Source: Gammaproteobacteria bacterium
Lineage (GTDB): Bacteria; Pseudomonadota; Gammaproteobacteria; Ga0077536
DNA: 64,000 nt
Direction: 5' to 3'
Assembly: GCA_963662545.2 (NCBI GenBank)
Contig: CAXXLL010000002.1
Location: 768,001 to 832,000 of the forward strand
The notes beneath the pieces were generated by a model. That model saw only the letters and a list, made by a program, of their open reading frames with translations, searched no databases and had not been told where the DNA came from. Positions 29,473 to 39,563 of this stretch are shown here, piece by piece. The position numbers and the translations under genes were made by a program. The stretch's first letter is position 1, and each line of letters begins with the position of its first letter.

Positions 29473-31349
29473 TCGGAAGGTCGCTGATGTTTCTCACCGG
29501 CGATGATGGCAACCGATGACAGCGCACCTTGGTCTATGTTCTGGCCGGTCACGCCATCGATGACCAGCTCGGCGCAATCTTCGGTAAGCCGCCGCTGCTG
29601 TGCCGATAGTGAACTAGGTTCAGCAATGAGCGAGAGGTCGCAACGGTCGAGTGGAAAGCCATGTTGATCAATTTCTCGTGATGATACGCCGATCACCAAC
29701 GCATCACATGATGCATCGAGCAACAGCGCCAATACTCTTGCCGGCATTCGGTCTGCGTTCTTGCATCGCAGCTGCCCCGCCAGCATGGTCACATTACCGA
29801 CGGTTTGTCCCACGCGTTTACCGGCCGCCTGAATCGCATTCGTTACGCGTTCAATGATTGAGGTATCCGCATCGATCAGCACGACGCTTGGAATCCGTCC
29901 GTTGACGCCCGGCGGAAACTTGTCGGCCAGGATGATTTCGGCACGGCCGTCCGAAGAGAAGCCAGGCGTGGCGTTTATTTCAATGACTGCACACGTGAGG
30001 TCGCGCCAGGACTTCGTAATATCCGTAGTCATGAAGTCGATGCCGAGCGCATCCATGTAAAAGTTTCGCGCGATTATTTCGGCCATCTCGCGATTGTCCG
30101 GATGGATGCTCTCCGAGCAATCGGCGATGGTACCACCGGTCGCGGTATTGGCAATGCTGCGTAGCCGGATTGACCTATTCTTGGGGGGGCGATCCTTGAG
30201 TGTCAAACCCTGCTTTGCAAGCACGTCCAGCATGTCCGTATCGATTTCGAGCCGGTAGACAAATTTCGCCGTGCCGTCGGCGTCGCGGCGATTGCGGTTT
30301 TCGCGCTCAATGAGTTCTGCAACCGTATGGTGTCCGTCGCCGGCGACTCGCGGCGGCATACGTCGGACGGCCCACTTGAATGTTCCGCCGAAAACCGCGA
30401 GGCGATGATCATCACCTGGAACTTTGCGTTCTACGAGCACATCCCCATTCCTCGACAGCGGGATCGCTTTTGCAACGGCGGCACTCAGTTCCTTATCATT
30501 GGTAATATCGGTGGTAACGCCCTTCCCCTTTCCACGATCGATCGGTTTGACCACGAGCGGAAAGCCCAACTGGTGCGCAATCTGCGAAGCCTCCTGTTGA
30601 TTGCTTGCAATGCTGTGATTCACACCCGGCAATCCGAGACGCGTAACCAACTGATTGCTCAAGAACTTGTTCGCCACCAGTCGGTTGCCGATGGCCGAAT
30701 CACGATGGTTGGATGCCTCGACAAAATTAAACCCGGCACTGCCCTGACCATAACGCCAAACACACGAACAGGGCGACACGGCGTAAACCGGAATATCCCT
30801 CACGCGCGCCACGCGCATCAACGAGCGGGTGATGAAATCCGGCTGCCGCATCTTCATCACTTGCTCCGCTCGCCGAACCTTTGCTGCGACCGCTTCTTTC
30901 ATGTCAGGACCGGCTTTCGCACCCGCAAAAATGTCATTGACGATTTGCAGCGCTGCGCGGGAAGCATGCATGGCCGTCTGTGCGTCGTAAAATTCGAATA
31001 GGATCTGCGAGGCCCCGGCTTTAGTATGCTGCACGTCGACCCGCAGTCCGTAGTGTCCACCGGGGTCATGCAGTGCGTTCGCCACCAGGCTAGCCGCGTT
31101 CTCGAAAGGGACGTCACCGGGCGGGAGGGCAATCCACTGCATCACCTCCGCCGGTAGAAATTCGGCGAGGAGATCAGCAAGCTTTGTCGCGGGTAACGGC
31201 GACGTGAAAGGACTGGTAAATTCCGCAACCAAGGCCGGGAACGGAACCAGCGTACTCGGCCCTTCGAATGAGCGGAATACTACCGATATCTTGCGGGGCA
31301 TACCGACCTCGGTCATTCTTCGCCGAATCGTTGAATTGCCATCCAACAA
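29469..31349 (-). CDS. Cyanophycin-synthetase-like ATP-grasp protein with a degenerate C-terminal domain
   Basis: FPLVVKP...KGKGVT, GDDHRL, GDG.HT..ELIE.EN, NTATGG and EINATPG motifs; no P-loop after GRIP. Confidence 0.75.
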   Translation of the reverse strand: MLDGNSTIRRRMTEVGMPRKISVVFRSFEGPSTLVPFPALVAEFTSPFTSPLPATKLADLLAEFLPAEVMQWIALPPGDVPFENAASLVANALHDPGGHYGLRVDVQHTKAGASQILFEFYDAQTAMHASRAALQIVNDIFAGAKAGPDMKEAVAAKVRRAEQVMKMRQPDFITRSLMRVARVRDIPVYAVSPCSCVWRYGQGSAGFNFVEASNHRDSAIGNRLVANKFLSNQLVTRLGLPGVNHSIASNQQEASQIAHQLGFPLVVKPIDRGKGKGVTTDITNDKELSAAVAKAIPLSRNGDVLVERKVPGDDHRLAVFGGTFKWAVRRMPPRVAGDGHHTVAELIERENRNRRDADGTAKFVYRLEIDTDMLDVLAKQGLTLKDRPPKNRSIRLRSIANTATGGTIADCSESIHPDNREMAEIIARNFYMDALGIDFMTTDITKSWRDLTCAVIEINATPGFSSDGRAEIILADKFPPGVNGRIPSVVLIDADTSIIERVTNAIQAAGKRVGQTVGNVTMLAGQLRCKNADRMPARVLALLLDASCDALVIGVSSREIDQHGFPLDRCDLSLIAEPSSLSAQQRRLTEDCAELVIDGVTGQNIDQGALSSVAIIAGEKHQRPSE

Positions 31350-31429
31350 TTATCTTCGATAATTTGCGTGGGCACGAATAAGTAGCGATTATTCTTTAAC
31401 CCGAATTGATTTTGTCAGTACCGTTCTCG

Positions 31430-32449
31430 ATGAACAACGCACCGAATTCACCTTCGGAACACCCGGGCACACCCAGTGCTTGGCGATCGCGTCTGATGCG
31501 GACCGCCACGTGGTTGGTTGCTGCCGGCTGTTTCTATCTCGTCTTTGGAAAAATACAAGCCGCCGCGGTGCGCGAAGGGCTGACCGCGCCCGACTATTTG
31601 GCTCGTTTTTTCGCTGACGCGAACTGGCTTGCCTGGCTGGCGCTGATGATCCCGTATTCGTGCTTTTTCTTTCTGGTCGACGCACACGTGACCTGGCGGG
31701 TTGTGCGCTGGTTCAATGCGCCTGATTTCAGGTTCAGCCGCATGCTCCCGATCCGCGCGAGTGCCTATATTCTTTCCTTGGTCAATGAACAGGTCGGTAA
31801 AGGCGCGATCACGCTCTACCTCTGGCGGCGCCACGCGGTGCCGGCCTGGCAGGCGTTATCGAGTATGGTGATGCTCGGCATGATGGAGGTCTATCAGCTC
31901 TTATTGTTTTCCGCGGTCGGCACGGCGCTGTATTTCGACCTGGTAGTCGAGGCGTCGACGGCGCTTCCCCTGGCTACGATTCTTGTCACCGTTTTCGTGA
32001 TTGCAGCGGTGTATTTCCCGCTGCACGTCGCCTACTTCCGTGGGTTTGTATTACCGCGACTTGGCGTGCGCGACGTTCAGATTTTTCACGCCTTCCGTCT
32101 GGCCAGGCTGCATCATTATTTGCTGGTGGTACTGTTCAAGGCGCCGAACCTGCTGGGCGCTATGCTCGTCTACACGCTCGCGCTGAATCTGTTTAACGTC
32201 GATGTAGCCTTCGGTCAAATGCTCGCGTTTCTTCCTGTTATTTTTCTGGCGGCGGCGTTGCCGTTGCCATTCCACGCCGGTGCACTGCTGCTGTGGACGG
32301 TGCTGTTCCCCGATTATCCGGAGATCGGCGCATTCAGTCTCGTAATGCACACATTCTTTGTGCTGTTCAACGGGGCGATTGGCTTGTTGTTTCTCCCCTG
32401 GGCGAACCGCGAATTGTTTGGTGAACCGACGGAGGAGGTCGAGGCCTGA
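31430..32449 (+). CDS. Multi-TM membrane protein (lysylphosphatidylglycerol synthase TM/flippase-like)
   Basis: Several hydrophobic helices; family call is by inference. Confidence 0.55.
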   Translation: MNNAPNSPSEHPGTPSAWRSRLMRTATWLVAAGCFYLVFGKIQAAAVREGLTAPDYLARFFADANWLAWLALMIPYSCFFFLVDAHVTWRVVRWFNAPDFRFSRMLPIRASAYILSLVNEQVGKGAITLYLWRRHAVPAWQALSSMVMLGMMEVYQLLLFSAVGTALYFDLVVEASTALPLATILVTVFVIAAVYFPLHVAYFRGFVLPRLGVRDVQIFHAFRLARLHHYLLVVLFKAPNLLGAMLVYTLALNLFNVDVAFGQMLAFLPVIFLAAALPLPFHAGALLLWTVLFPDYPEIGAFSLVMHTFFVLFNGAIGLLFLPWANRELFGEPTEEVEA

Positions 32450-32463
32450 TGGAACCGGCGGTT

Positions 32464-33024
32464 TCAGGGCATCCGCTGCGCACGCAGAAAATGGATTGCG
32501 CGCTCGGCTATCGAGACCAGCGTTGTAGCCACGAGTAGCCAACCGAGGGCTCGGAGCGCTGCAATGAAAACCGCATCGTTTGCGTAATGATGGACGATGA
32601 TGGCCAGGGCGGTGACGACAAAATACGCCATGCCATTGCAGCGTCCAATGCGGGACCGCCGAAAGCTGGCGCCTTCCAGGACATGCGAGTCCAACAGGTA
32701 CTGAATGAACGCGATCGCAATCAACAGCGGCAAGAGCGGTGGCAACAGACCAAGATATGCATAAACCGCGGATACAGCAGTGACGAAAACGGCGTCCGAG
32801 CCATGGTCAAGCAGCGTGCCAATGCGAGATACCTGCTGCGAACGCCGCGCGACGAAGCCGTCGAGCACATCGGTGACCACGACGAGACAGAAAATTCCGA
32901 TCGCCACCACGCCCGCGCCAGTCAGGATCGCCCAGACGATCACGGGTATGAGCGCAATCCTCGAGAGGCTCAGCGAATTGGGCAGCGTCAGTAAGTTCAT
33001 CCGCTCGAGATCAGGTTCCGACAT
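32464..33024 (-). CDS. CDP-alcohol phosphatidyltransferase
   Basis: DVLDGFVAR...G.LLD..SD signature. Confidence 0.9.
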   Translation of the reverse strand: MSEPDLERMNLLTLPNSLSLSRIALIPVIVWAILTGAGVVAIGIFCLVVVTDVLDGFVARRSQQVSRIGTLLDHGSDAVFVTAVSAVYAYLGLLPPLLPLLIAIAFIQYLLDSHVLEGASFRRSRIGRCNGMAYFVVTALAIIVHHYANDAVFIAALRALGWLLVATTLVSIAERAIHFLRAQRMP

Positions 33025-33083
33025 GGTTTGCAGTGTACTTCTTAAGACGCGGCCAACCGATCGCCGCAGGCGACGGGTTCATC

Positions 33084-34004
33084 ATGACTAGCGTGCTGGT
33101 CACCGGTGCCAACGGTCATCTCGGGCGACGGCTGATCAGCGCGTTGCCGCAAGATTATGAAATCGAAGCCTTGGTGCGTAGCGATCGCGCCCGGCGGATC
33201 TTGCTGAGGCACGTAGGGAAAATGCAGCGGTTGAACGTGACGATCGCCGATCCCAGCGATGCGGCCGCTGTCGCAGATGTGGCCTCGCACTGCGACAAGG
33301 CAGTCCATTTAATCGGCACGATCAGGGAAACACGGGACGATCAATATCTCGATGCCCACGAGCGCCCGGCGCAGGCGCTGACCGAAGCCGCCGCACGAGG
33401 TGCCATCGAGCACATTGTCACTATCAGCATTCTCGGTGCCGATGCGGCCAGTCCGAGCCGATGCCTGCGCTCGCGGGCGGCAGCGGAAGCAATCCTGCTG
33501 GCCGCAACGACGCCGGTTACGGTGATTCGAGTACCGATGGTCCTGGGTGAGGCAGACCGCGCGAGCCTGGCTCTGGCGAACCGTGCGGCGGCCAAACGCG
33601 TCTTCCTCTTACACGCTGCAAGCCTCGAACAACCCATCTATGCGGGCGATGTCATAAACACCGTACGGAACGCGTTGCGCTTTAAGGCGCCCGCGAATCG
33701 GGTGTTCGACCTCGCAGGTCCTGAATCGCTGTCACGGCGCGAACTCGTAACGCGTGCGGCGGCCAGCTTGAATCGCGAACCGTCGATCCATTCGCTGCCG
33801 CTGGCCCTGGGCTTAGCGCTCGCCGGCCTTTTCGAATTGTTTCGAGCCAGCCCGCCTGTGACGCGCGAAATGCTCAAGGTGCTCGATCACGACGATGCCG
33901 TCGATCCAAGCGCCGCTGCGGCGGCACTGGGGCTGACGCTGACGCCGCTCCACGAGACGCTGCGGCTATGTGTGAAGAATCGTCCGGCTCAGGAAGCGAC
34001 CTGA
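33084..34004 (+). CDS. NAD(P)-binding epimerase/dehydratase-like protein
   Basis: VLVTGANGHLG Rossmann motif. Confidence 0.8.
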   Translation: MTSVLVTGANGHLGRRLISALPQDYEIEALVRSDRARRILLRHVGKMQRLNVTIADPSDAAAVADVASHCDKAVHLIGTIRETRDDQYLDAHERPAQALTEAAARGAIEHIVTISILGADAASPSRCLRSRAAAEAILLAATTPVTVIRVPMVLGEADRASLALANRAAAKRVFLLHAASLEQPIYAGDVINTVRNALRFKAPANRVFDLAGPESLSRRELVTRAAASLNREPSIHSLPLALGLALAGLFELFRASPPVTREMLKVLDHDDAVDPSAAAAALGLTLTPLHETLRLCVKNRPAQEAT

Positions 34005-34492
34005 TAGCGCAGCATCACCCGCGCGCCATTCGCGAGGCCGTCGCGGAAGCGCGGCCCCCAGGAATCCCAACCGCTTGCGTACTTGCGACCGAATTTGGCG
34101 AGCAGTTCCGAATGAACGGCGGTATCGGTTTCGAACCGTCCTTCGATTTCGAGGTACGGTGCGGAACGATAGCGATCATCAGCGCGTTTCCAGACGCCGA
34201 ACTCGCCGATCCAGATCTTCGCGCGCTTAAAGCCGCGCCGCACCGCTTCGGCACGCCAAGTGTCCGCTTCTGTGATCACGAAGATTTCCTTTTGGTGATG
34301 CACGAACCAGACTTCGCTGTGGCAGGCGCTCTCCCGCCCACCCGAGACCACCGGCGTTAAATAGATGAGTTGGGACTTGTCGAGTGCGGCGACCGCTGGC
34401 GACTCGGCTGCGAATGCAATGCGTGAAGTGCTCCACGCTGAAATCAGCAGTGCTGCGCTGCTGGCCAGGGCCTGTCTGCGATTGACGGTCAT
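33989..34492 (-). CDS. Tat-signal hypothetical protein (PNPOx-like)
   Basis: NRRQAL twin-arginine signal; EVWFV motif. Confidence 0.6.
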   Translation of the reverse strand: MTVNRRQALASSAALLISAWSTSRIAFAAESPAVAALDKSQLIYLTPVVSGGRESACHSEVWFVHHQKEIFVITEADTWRAEAVRRGFKRAKIWIGEFGVWKRADDRYRSAPYLEIEGRFETDTAVHSELLAKFGRKYASGWDSWGPRFRDGLANGARVMLRYQVAS

Positions 34493-34681
34493 GATCGGTG
34501 CCTCCTCCGTTTCTGGATACGAAGATTAATACAGTGGCGCGGGAGTTCACAGCATCGAGATTGGGGAAGGGATCCCAAATTACTTAATGTGTCGTCGCCG
34601 TAGGGAATAGGACCCGAAATCGCTTTCGTCCACCGCCAGATAGACCTTTCTCGATTCTCCAACCACAATAGTCAGGAGAAT

Positions 34682-34942
34682 TTGGAGACAGTTTTGAAGC
34701 CATTGCTCAAATGGGGTAGCGTAATAATCGCGCTATTCGCAATGGTGATCGTGCTTCAAATCATGGCATCGGAAAGCGGGGAAGTGGTTGTGATCACTAC
34801 CCGAGACGCAGCCGGTGACGCCAGGGACACGAGATTATGGGTGCTGGATCATCAAGGCAGTGCCTGGCTGCGATCGGGTTCTCCACATTCGGGCTGGTAT
34901 CAACGCACGCTCGCGAACCCACAGATCGGTGTGCAACGATGA
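34682..34942 (+). pseudogene. Truncated DUF2255/nitroreductase-like protein
   Basis: ESGEVVV.TT, TRLWV and WLRSG..GW motifs; ends abruptly at the next gene's ATG. Confidence 0.5.
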
Positions 34943-35392
34943 AAAAAAATTTCGACGAAAAAAAATTTCGACGCAATAAAAGCAGACTGGCTAACGCGAC
35001 CGTGGTGGATGAACCTGATTTTCTACTTCTGTGTGTACATGACCTTCGTCTACCTGCCGTTCGATCTGTTTTGGAAACCGGTGGCTGCGGATCATGAAAT
35101 TTGGTTTGGGTTTGCCTTGACCGGCTGGTGGGCCAAGGTGACCGAACCCCTGCACTGGCTCATTTACGGCGCTGGAGCGTATGGTTTTTGGAAAATGAAG
35201 CCCTGGATGTGGCCCTGGGCCGCGGTCTACAGCGCTCAGGTGGTCATCGCCATGTTCGTTTGGAACATCGTCAATGACAATGGCCGTGGTTGGCTTGCGG
35301 GCGCCATAGCCGCGACAATTTTCGCCGTACCCATGGTGGCGCTGTGGCGGGCTAAGCCTCGCTTTGGTAATGCGGAGGGTGTCTCCACCTGA
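34939..35392 (+). pseudogene. Membrane protein frameshifted by a 16-bp tandem duplication
   Basis: GAAAAAAAATTTCGAC occurs twice (34941-34972). Removing one copy gives MKKNFDAIKADWLTRPWW in frame with ORF 35009-35392. Confidence 0.7.
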
Positions 35393-35592
35393 TTGCCCAA
35401 CGTACGACGATTTTGTCTAAAAAAGGTACCGTGCATTCAATAAATCCGTCATTTACGCCAATGACACGGAAACCGGATGCTGGTGAAGCCGGCCGGCGAG
35501 CAGGCGGTGCGAATATTCCCCGTACTTTCCCTAAAAACAGCGAAGCGCAGGTAGTCCGAGGTTTACTCCAACGCTAAAGTATAAATAAAAAC

Positions 35593-36977
35593 GGGTCTAC
35601 GCGGAAACGTGTGGGTTGATATTGGCATTTCTGGGTAGTGGCGGAAGAAATGCCGCAATGATTTTCAGTTTGAGGAATTCCTCATCACGATAGCCATAGG
35701 CGCGTCGTTGCAGGACCCGGATTTTGTTGTTGACCCCTTCGACCAATCCAAGACTGACTTTATTCTTAGCATCACAATAGGAAGCAATGCCATCCCAATG
35801 GGATTCAATCAGCTCAGCAAACTTGCGATACGGCGCCAATCGCTGCCATTTCAGACTGTCCTTCCAGCGCTCGAAAAAGGCACGCGCGCCGCGCTCGGTA
35901 CGGTAGTCCCAGAGTTGGCCGAAGGTTTCCTTGAGGACGTAGGCGGTGTTCAGACGCCGGTTGGCCTGGAGCAGTTTTTTCAGGGCTCGTCTGCCATCCA
36001 GATTCAGGTTCTCGCGTCGCGAGAGCAAGGTATATCGCTGGCCTTTGATGTAACTCCTGTCCTTGCCGCGGAGACGTTTGTATTCACGGCGCCGGACTTC
36101 ATCGAGAGCCTTTGAGAGGTGGCGCATGATATGGAACTTGTCATAGATGATCCGCGCCTGCGGTGCGTTGTTCATGACCGAGTTACGGAACGGCTTCCAC
36201 ATGTCCATCGCCGCCAGTTCGATGCGAGCGCTCTTGTTCTCGCCCAATGCCTGGAAAAACAGGTCGATGTCAGCCTCTTTGCGACCTTCACCACCGACCC
36301 AGATAGGACGCCCCCGATCCAGGTCACTGACGATGACCCGGTAGTTATGTCCTTTGCGGATGGAGATCTCATCAATACCGATGGCCCGGGGTGCTGGCAT
36401 GCCCGCCAGCTCAACCTGCTTTTGCATGTACAGCTTATCGAGGTCTTTCACCGTGCTGTGGTGCAGGCGTTCCCTCTCGGCGACAGCCTGGTTCGGCATG
36501 TCCCGGCACAGCTTGCCCACCTGCATGGCAAAGCGCTGCGTATAGCGAGGGTTCTTTGCCAGCCAGTCAAGATGTTCTACCTGCACGCCGCCGCACCTCC
36601 GGCAACTGACACGCCAGCGTTCGAACTCCAGGTAGATTCGCCATCCGGCAACTGACAGGTCTCGTACTCGCAGCACCTTCTTGTCGTAACGCCCGCGGCA
36701 CCGGTGAGCACAGTGAGAACAGATCGCTGTTTTTTTCGCCTCTTGAGTTGGATCACACGGGCATACCGATCACCAAACATGCCCACCAATTTCGATGCGG
36801 CGGTAAAACCAGGGAACGCAAACAGCGCTCGGATCGACTTGGGATTCTTCATGGCCTTAGCCTACCCACAAAATGAAACCACTTTCACCCCATACGAAAT
36901 CTCTGAATGTCTACATGATTTCAATGGTTTACACTTGGTCTAATTCAGAATTTACCCACATGAATCCGCGTAGACCC
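35593..36977 (-). mobile_element. ISL3-family insertion sequence
   Basis: TIRs GGGTCTACGCGGA... at both ends; transposase 36852-35597 with IGIDE, AMDMW, DKFH and EGVNNKI motifs; frame change at an A7 run. Confidence 0.92.
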
Positions 36978-37140
36978 AACAAATAGTTACATAAATTAAG
37001 GAGCCCTGGAATTCGCTCGTTTAACGATTATTGACACAGTCACGTTGGCCAATGATCCAGGAAAACGCTAAGCATTTTAAGCTGTTAGAAACCCAACGAG
37101 GCCGCCGTGCCTACCCACTCGCCCTCACCAAAATCAACCG

Positions 37141-37200
37141 GAGTTATAACTGAATCTGGTGTTTGAGCGAATTGAATAAAGGCGGTGTATCTGGTTGAAA
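37141..37200 (+). mobile_element. Isolated left end of the IS256 element
   Basis: 60 nt nearly identical to 58744-58803. Confidence 0.88.
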
Positions 37201-37210
37201 AAGGCCTCCT

Positions 37211-37230
37211 AAAGGTGACGGAGGGATTAA
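37211..37230 (+). repeat. RAYT-flanking repeat (contains the RAYT stop codon)
   Basis: AAAGGTGACGGAGGGATTAA. Confidence 0.9.
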
Positions 37231-37934
37231 ATTTTGACCAGTTGTTTATTGGCATCCTTTCGCGGCCTGCCTCGTGACAAATATCCCATCGGTAATCCGA
37301 ATCGATTCGCCATACGCTTTCTAAAAGATTCATCTCCAATCGGCTGCGAATAGTGTCCGGCCCTCCTAATGAGTGCCAGGTCATCGTCGCTGAGCGTCTG
37401 TGCGAACAATGCACGATAGGCCGCGACACGCGATTCATCGTCTGAGGCGAGATTCATATACACCGCGTGCGGCACCAACCACGACCGTCCTGCCGATGTA
37501 TTCAGAACATATGAGGACCAATTGTAGTCGCCGGGTGCGGAAACCATCCCTGCGCGTACCGGATTCAACTCGACGTATAAATAGCACTGCAATAAATAGT
37601 TATCCGAGTCGATGAGGCTCGATCGGTGCCGGCCCTCCCATAATGTCCCCGTTCGTTTGCAACTTCGATTGAAGTAATATGCATAGCGACTGCCCACCAC
37701 CTTCATCGTATTTGAAATGCTATCGGTTTCGATGCTGCTGACAATGAAATGAATGTGATTGGACATGAGGCAATAGGCGTGAACGTCAACGCCATACCAG
37801 CGCGACTTCTCACGCCACAGATCGAGATACGTCAAGAAATCGTCCGCTTCTCGAAAACAGCGCTGACGGTTATTACCTCGTTGGACGAGGTGGTAGGGCA
37901 TCCCGGGCAGGTAATTCCTTTTTCTTCGGGGCAT
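37227..37934 (-). CDS. REP-associated tyrosine transposase (RAYT, Y1 HUH family)
   Basis: YHLVQRGNN, AYCLMSNHIH (HUH), LWEGR, YVELNP (catalytic Tyr), WSSY and a C-terminal GRPRK. Confidence 0.92.
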   Translation of the reverse strand: MPRRKRNYLPGMPYHLVQRGNNRQRCFREADDFLTYLDLWREKSRWYGVDVHAYCLMSNHIHFIVSSIETDSISNTMKVVGSRYAYYFNRSCKRTGTLWEGRHRSSLIDSDNYLLQCYLYVELNPVRAGMVSAPGDYNWSSYVLNTSAGRSWLVPHAVYMNLASDDESRVAAYRALFAQTLSDDDLALIRRAGHYSQPIGDESFRKRMANRFGLPMGYLSRGRPRKDANKQLVKI

Positions 37935-38008
37935 CGCAAATCCTTCTGCGATTGGGCAAGGCAGTTAAGCTTAAACGAGACGCGGGGTATTTCCAATTTG
38001 GTTAATTT

Positions 38009-38028
38009 TTAATCCCTCCGTCACCTTT
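38009..38028 (-). repeat. RAYT-flanking repeat, inverted
   Basis: TTAATCCCTCCGTCACCTTT, the exact reverse complement of 37211-37230. Confidence 0.9.
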
Positions 38029-38131
38029 TACCCTTTTAAGAAAAACGCCGTAAGCCCGTAAAGGAATCGGAAATACGACGGGATTCACCTACGCGGCTTG
38101 CTATTTCTCCCGGCCGGCCGTCACCTTTTGC

Positions 38132-39331
38132 TTAATCCTCGTAGATCTCCGCAGGCAACAGATCGTGGATTGGATCCAGGAGGAATTTGAGATGCGCTTC
38201 AGCCCAAAGCCCGTACCCCACCGGGTTAAAGTGCATGTCGCCTCGATAGTAGTACTTCGCTTGCGCGGTACCCGTGATCGCAGGACGTAATGCTTCGAAT
38301 GAATTCAGGTAAGGCACATCGTTTTCGCGCGCGACGCGCTCGATCTCATAGTGCGGCCGGGCCGAAAACGCCGGCTCGCCTGTTCCATCGGTATACCCGG
38401 CAAATTGTTCGTAGTGCGGTACGGCCGTGATCATCAGTTTGATGTCGTTTCGGTTTGTGAATTGCGCAAGGCGGTCCAGGATGTCGAGCGTGTTTTCGAC
38501 GTTTCGCTCGGTACGTTCATCCCATTCTTTGTAATTCCAAGCCCATCGCGGATATAGGTCGGTTGCGGGAGTCTCGAGTTGGGCGGCCGTTGGCTCCGTA
38601 ACGAATTTCGTACGGATGAGGTTGTATGTGTAGGAGTTTTGTATTAGGAAAAGCTCTAGCTTGACGACGAGTTCGCTGGCAACCGGACCCGCCGCCGTAT
38701 CGATATATGCTGCTGCGTAGATGTCACGTGGAGGCGCCGCCCGTGGATTGCCGTCCGCATCCTTGAGTAAAGTTTCTTGGTATTTCCAATCATCGAAGTC
38801 ATCGGTCATATCGACGTTGACGACGATTAAATCTGGTTCGTAATCAGTCAATACGTAGTGGACGAGAATGTAGAAGATCGTCGGGGAGTAGCTCGTTGTC
38901 CCGGTGTTGATCACCTCAAAATTCAAAGAACTGTTCTGCGCCAAATCATTTAGTGCCTGTTCGACTCGACTGGGCACTGATTGATCCATCGGCGCAGTTC
39001 CTTCGGTAAAGGAATCACCCAAATAGAAGATCCGGAATGTATCGGGGGGCCTTATTCTTTTGACGTCGTAATTTTCTAACCAGCCCTGGGTATTGTAAAT
39101 GTGGGTATACGGTTCCGGGTATTCCGGATTCCGCGACACCCATTCAGTATGTAGCGCCGTGGAGCTGGGTTTCCAGGTATGGTTGAGTCTGAATGATGGA
39201 ACCAGATTTGAACCTGGTACCGTAACAAACCGCGAACTGGCGTATTCAACGGCAATGATTAGGATGGTGAGAAATCCTGCGTTCACGCATAACGCGACGA
39301 TGAATATCCACCATTTATTGGAGCCCGGCAT
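38132..39331 (-). CDS. SGNH/GDSL hydrolase-family membrane-anchored protein
   Basis: LGDSFTEG and DMHFN motifs; N-terminal TM helix. Confidence 0.85.
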   Translation of the reverse strand: MPGSNKWWIFIVALCVNAGFLTILIIAVEYASSRFVTVPGSNLVPSFRLNHTWKPSSTALHTEWVSRNPEYPEPYTHIYNTQGWLENYDVKRIRPPDTFRIFYLGDSFTEGTAPMDQSVPSRVEQALNDLAQNSSLNFEVINTGTTSYSPTIFYILVHYVLTDYEPDLIVVNVDMTDDFDDWKYQETLLKDADGNPRAAPPRDIYAAAYIDTAAGPVASELVVKLELFLIQNSYTYNLIRTKFVTEPTAAQLETPATDLYPRWAWNYKEWDERTERNVENTLDILDRLAQFTNRNDIKLMITAVPHYEQFAGYTDGTGEPAFSARPHYEIERVARENDVPYLNSFEALRPAITGTAQAKYYYRGDMHFNPVGYGLWAEAHLKFLLDPIHDLLPAEIYED

Positions 39332-39563
39332 AGGATGCAGATTCCGATTTCCATTAATTCAGGATTGATTTCAACACTGTCTACCGAAAAAATCGTTCGG
39401 CTTTTCTGTCGGTGCCGGTCGTCTTCACCCTCCCCATTAAACGGCGGATAAAAACGTGAGCCGTCCTGACCGCATCCTTTATACCCGGTAAGCAAGTAAG
39501 CTCGTCACCTTAAGTATACTGTGCCCCTAATTCTGCGCGATAGGTAAGCGAGGAAAGAACCTC

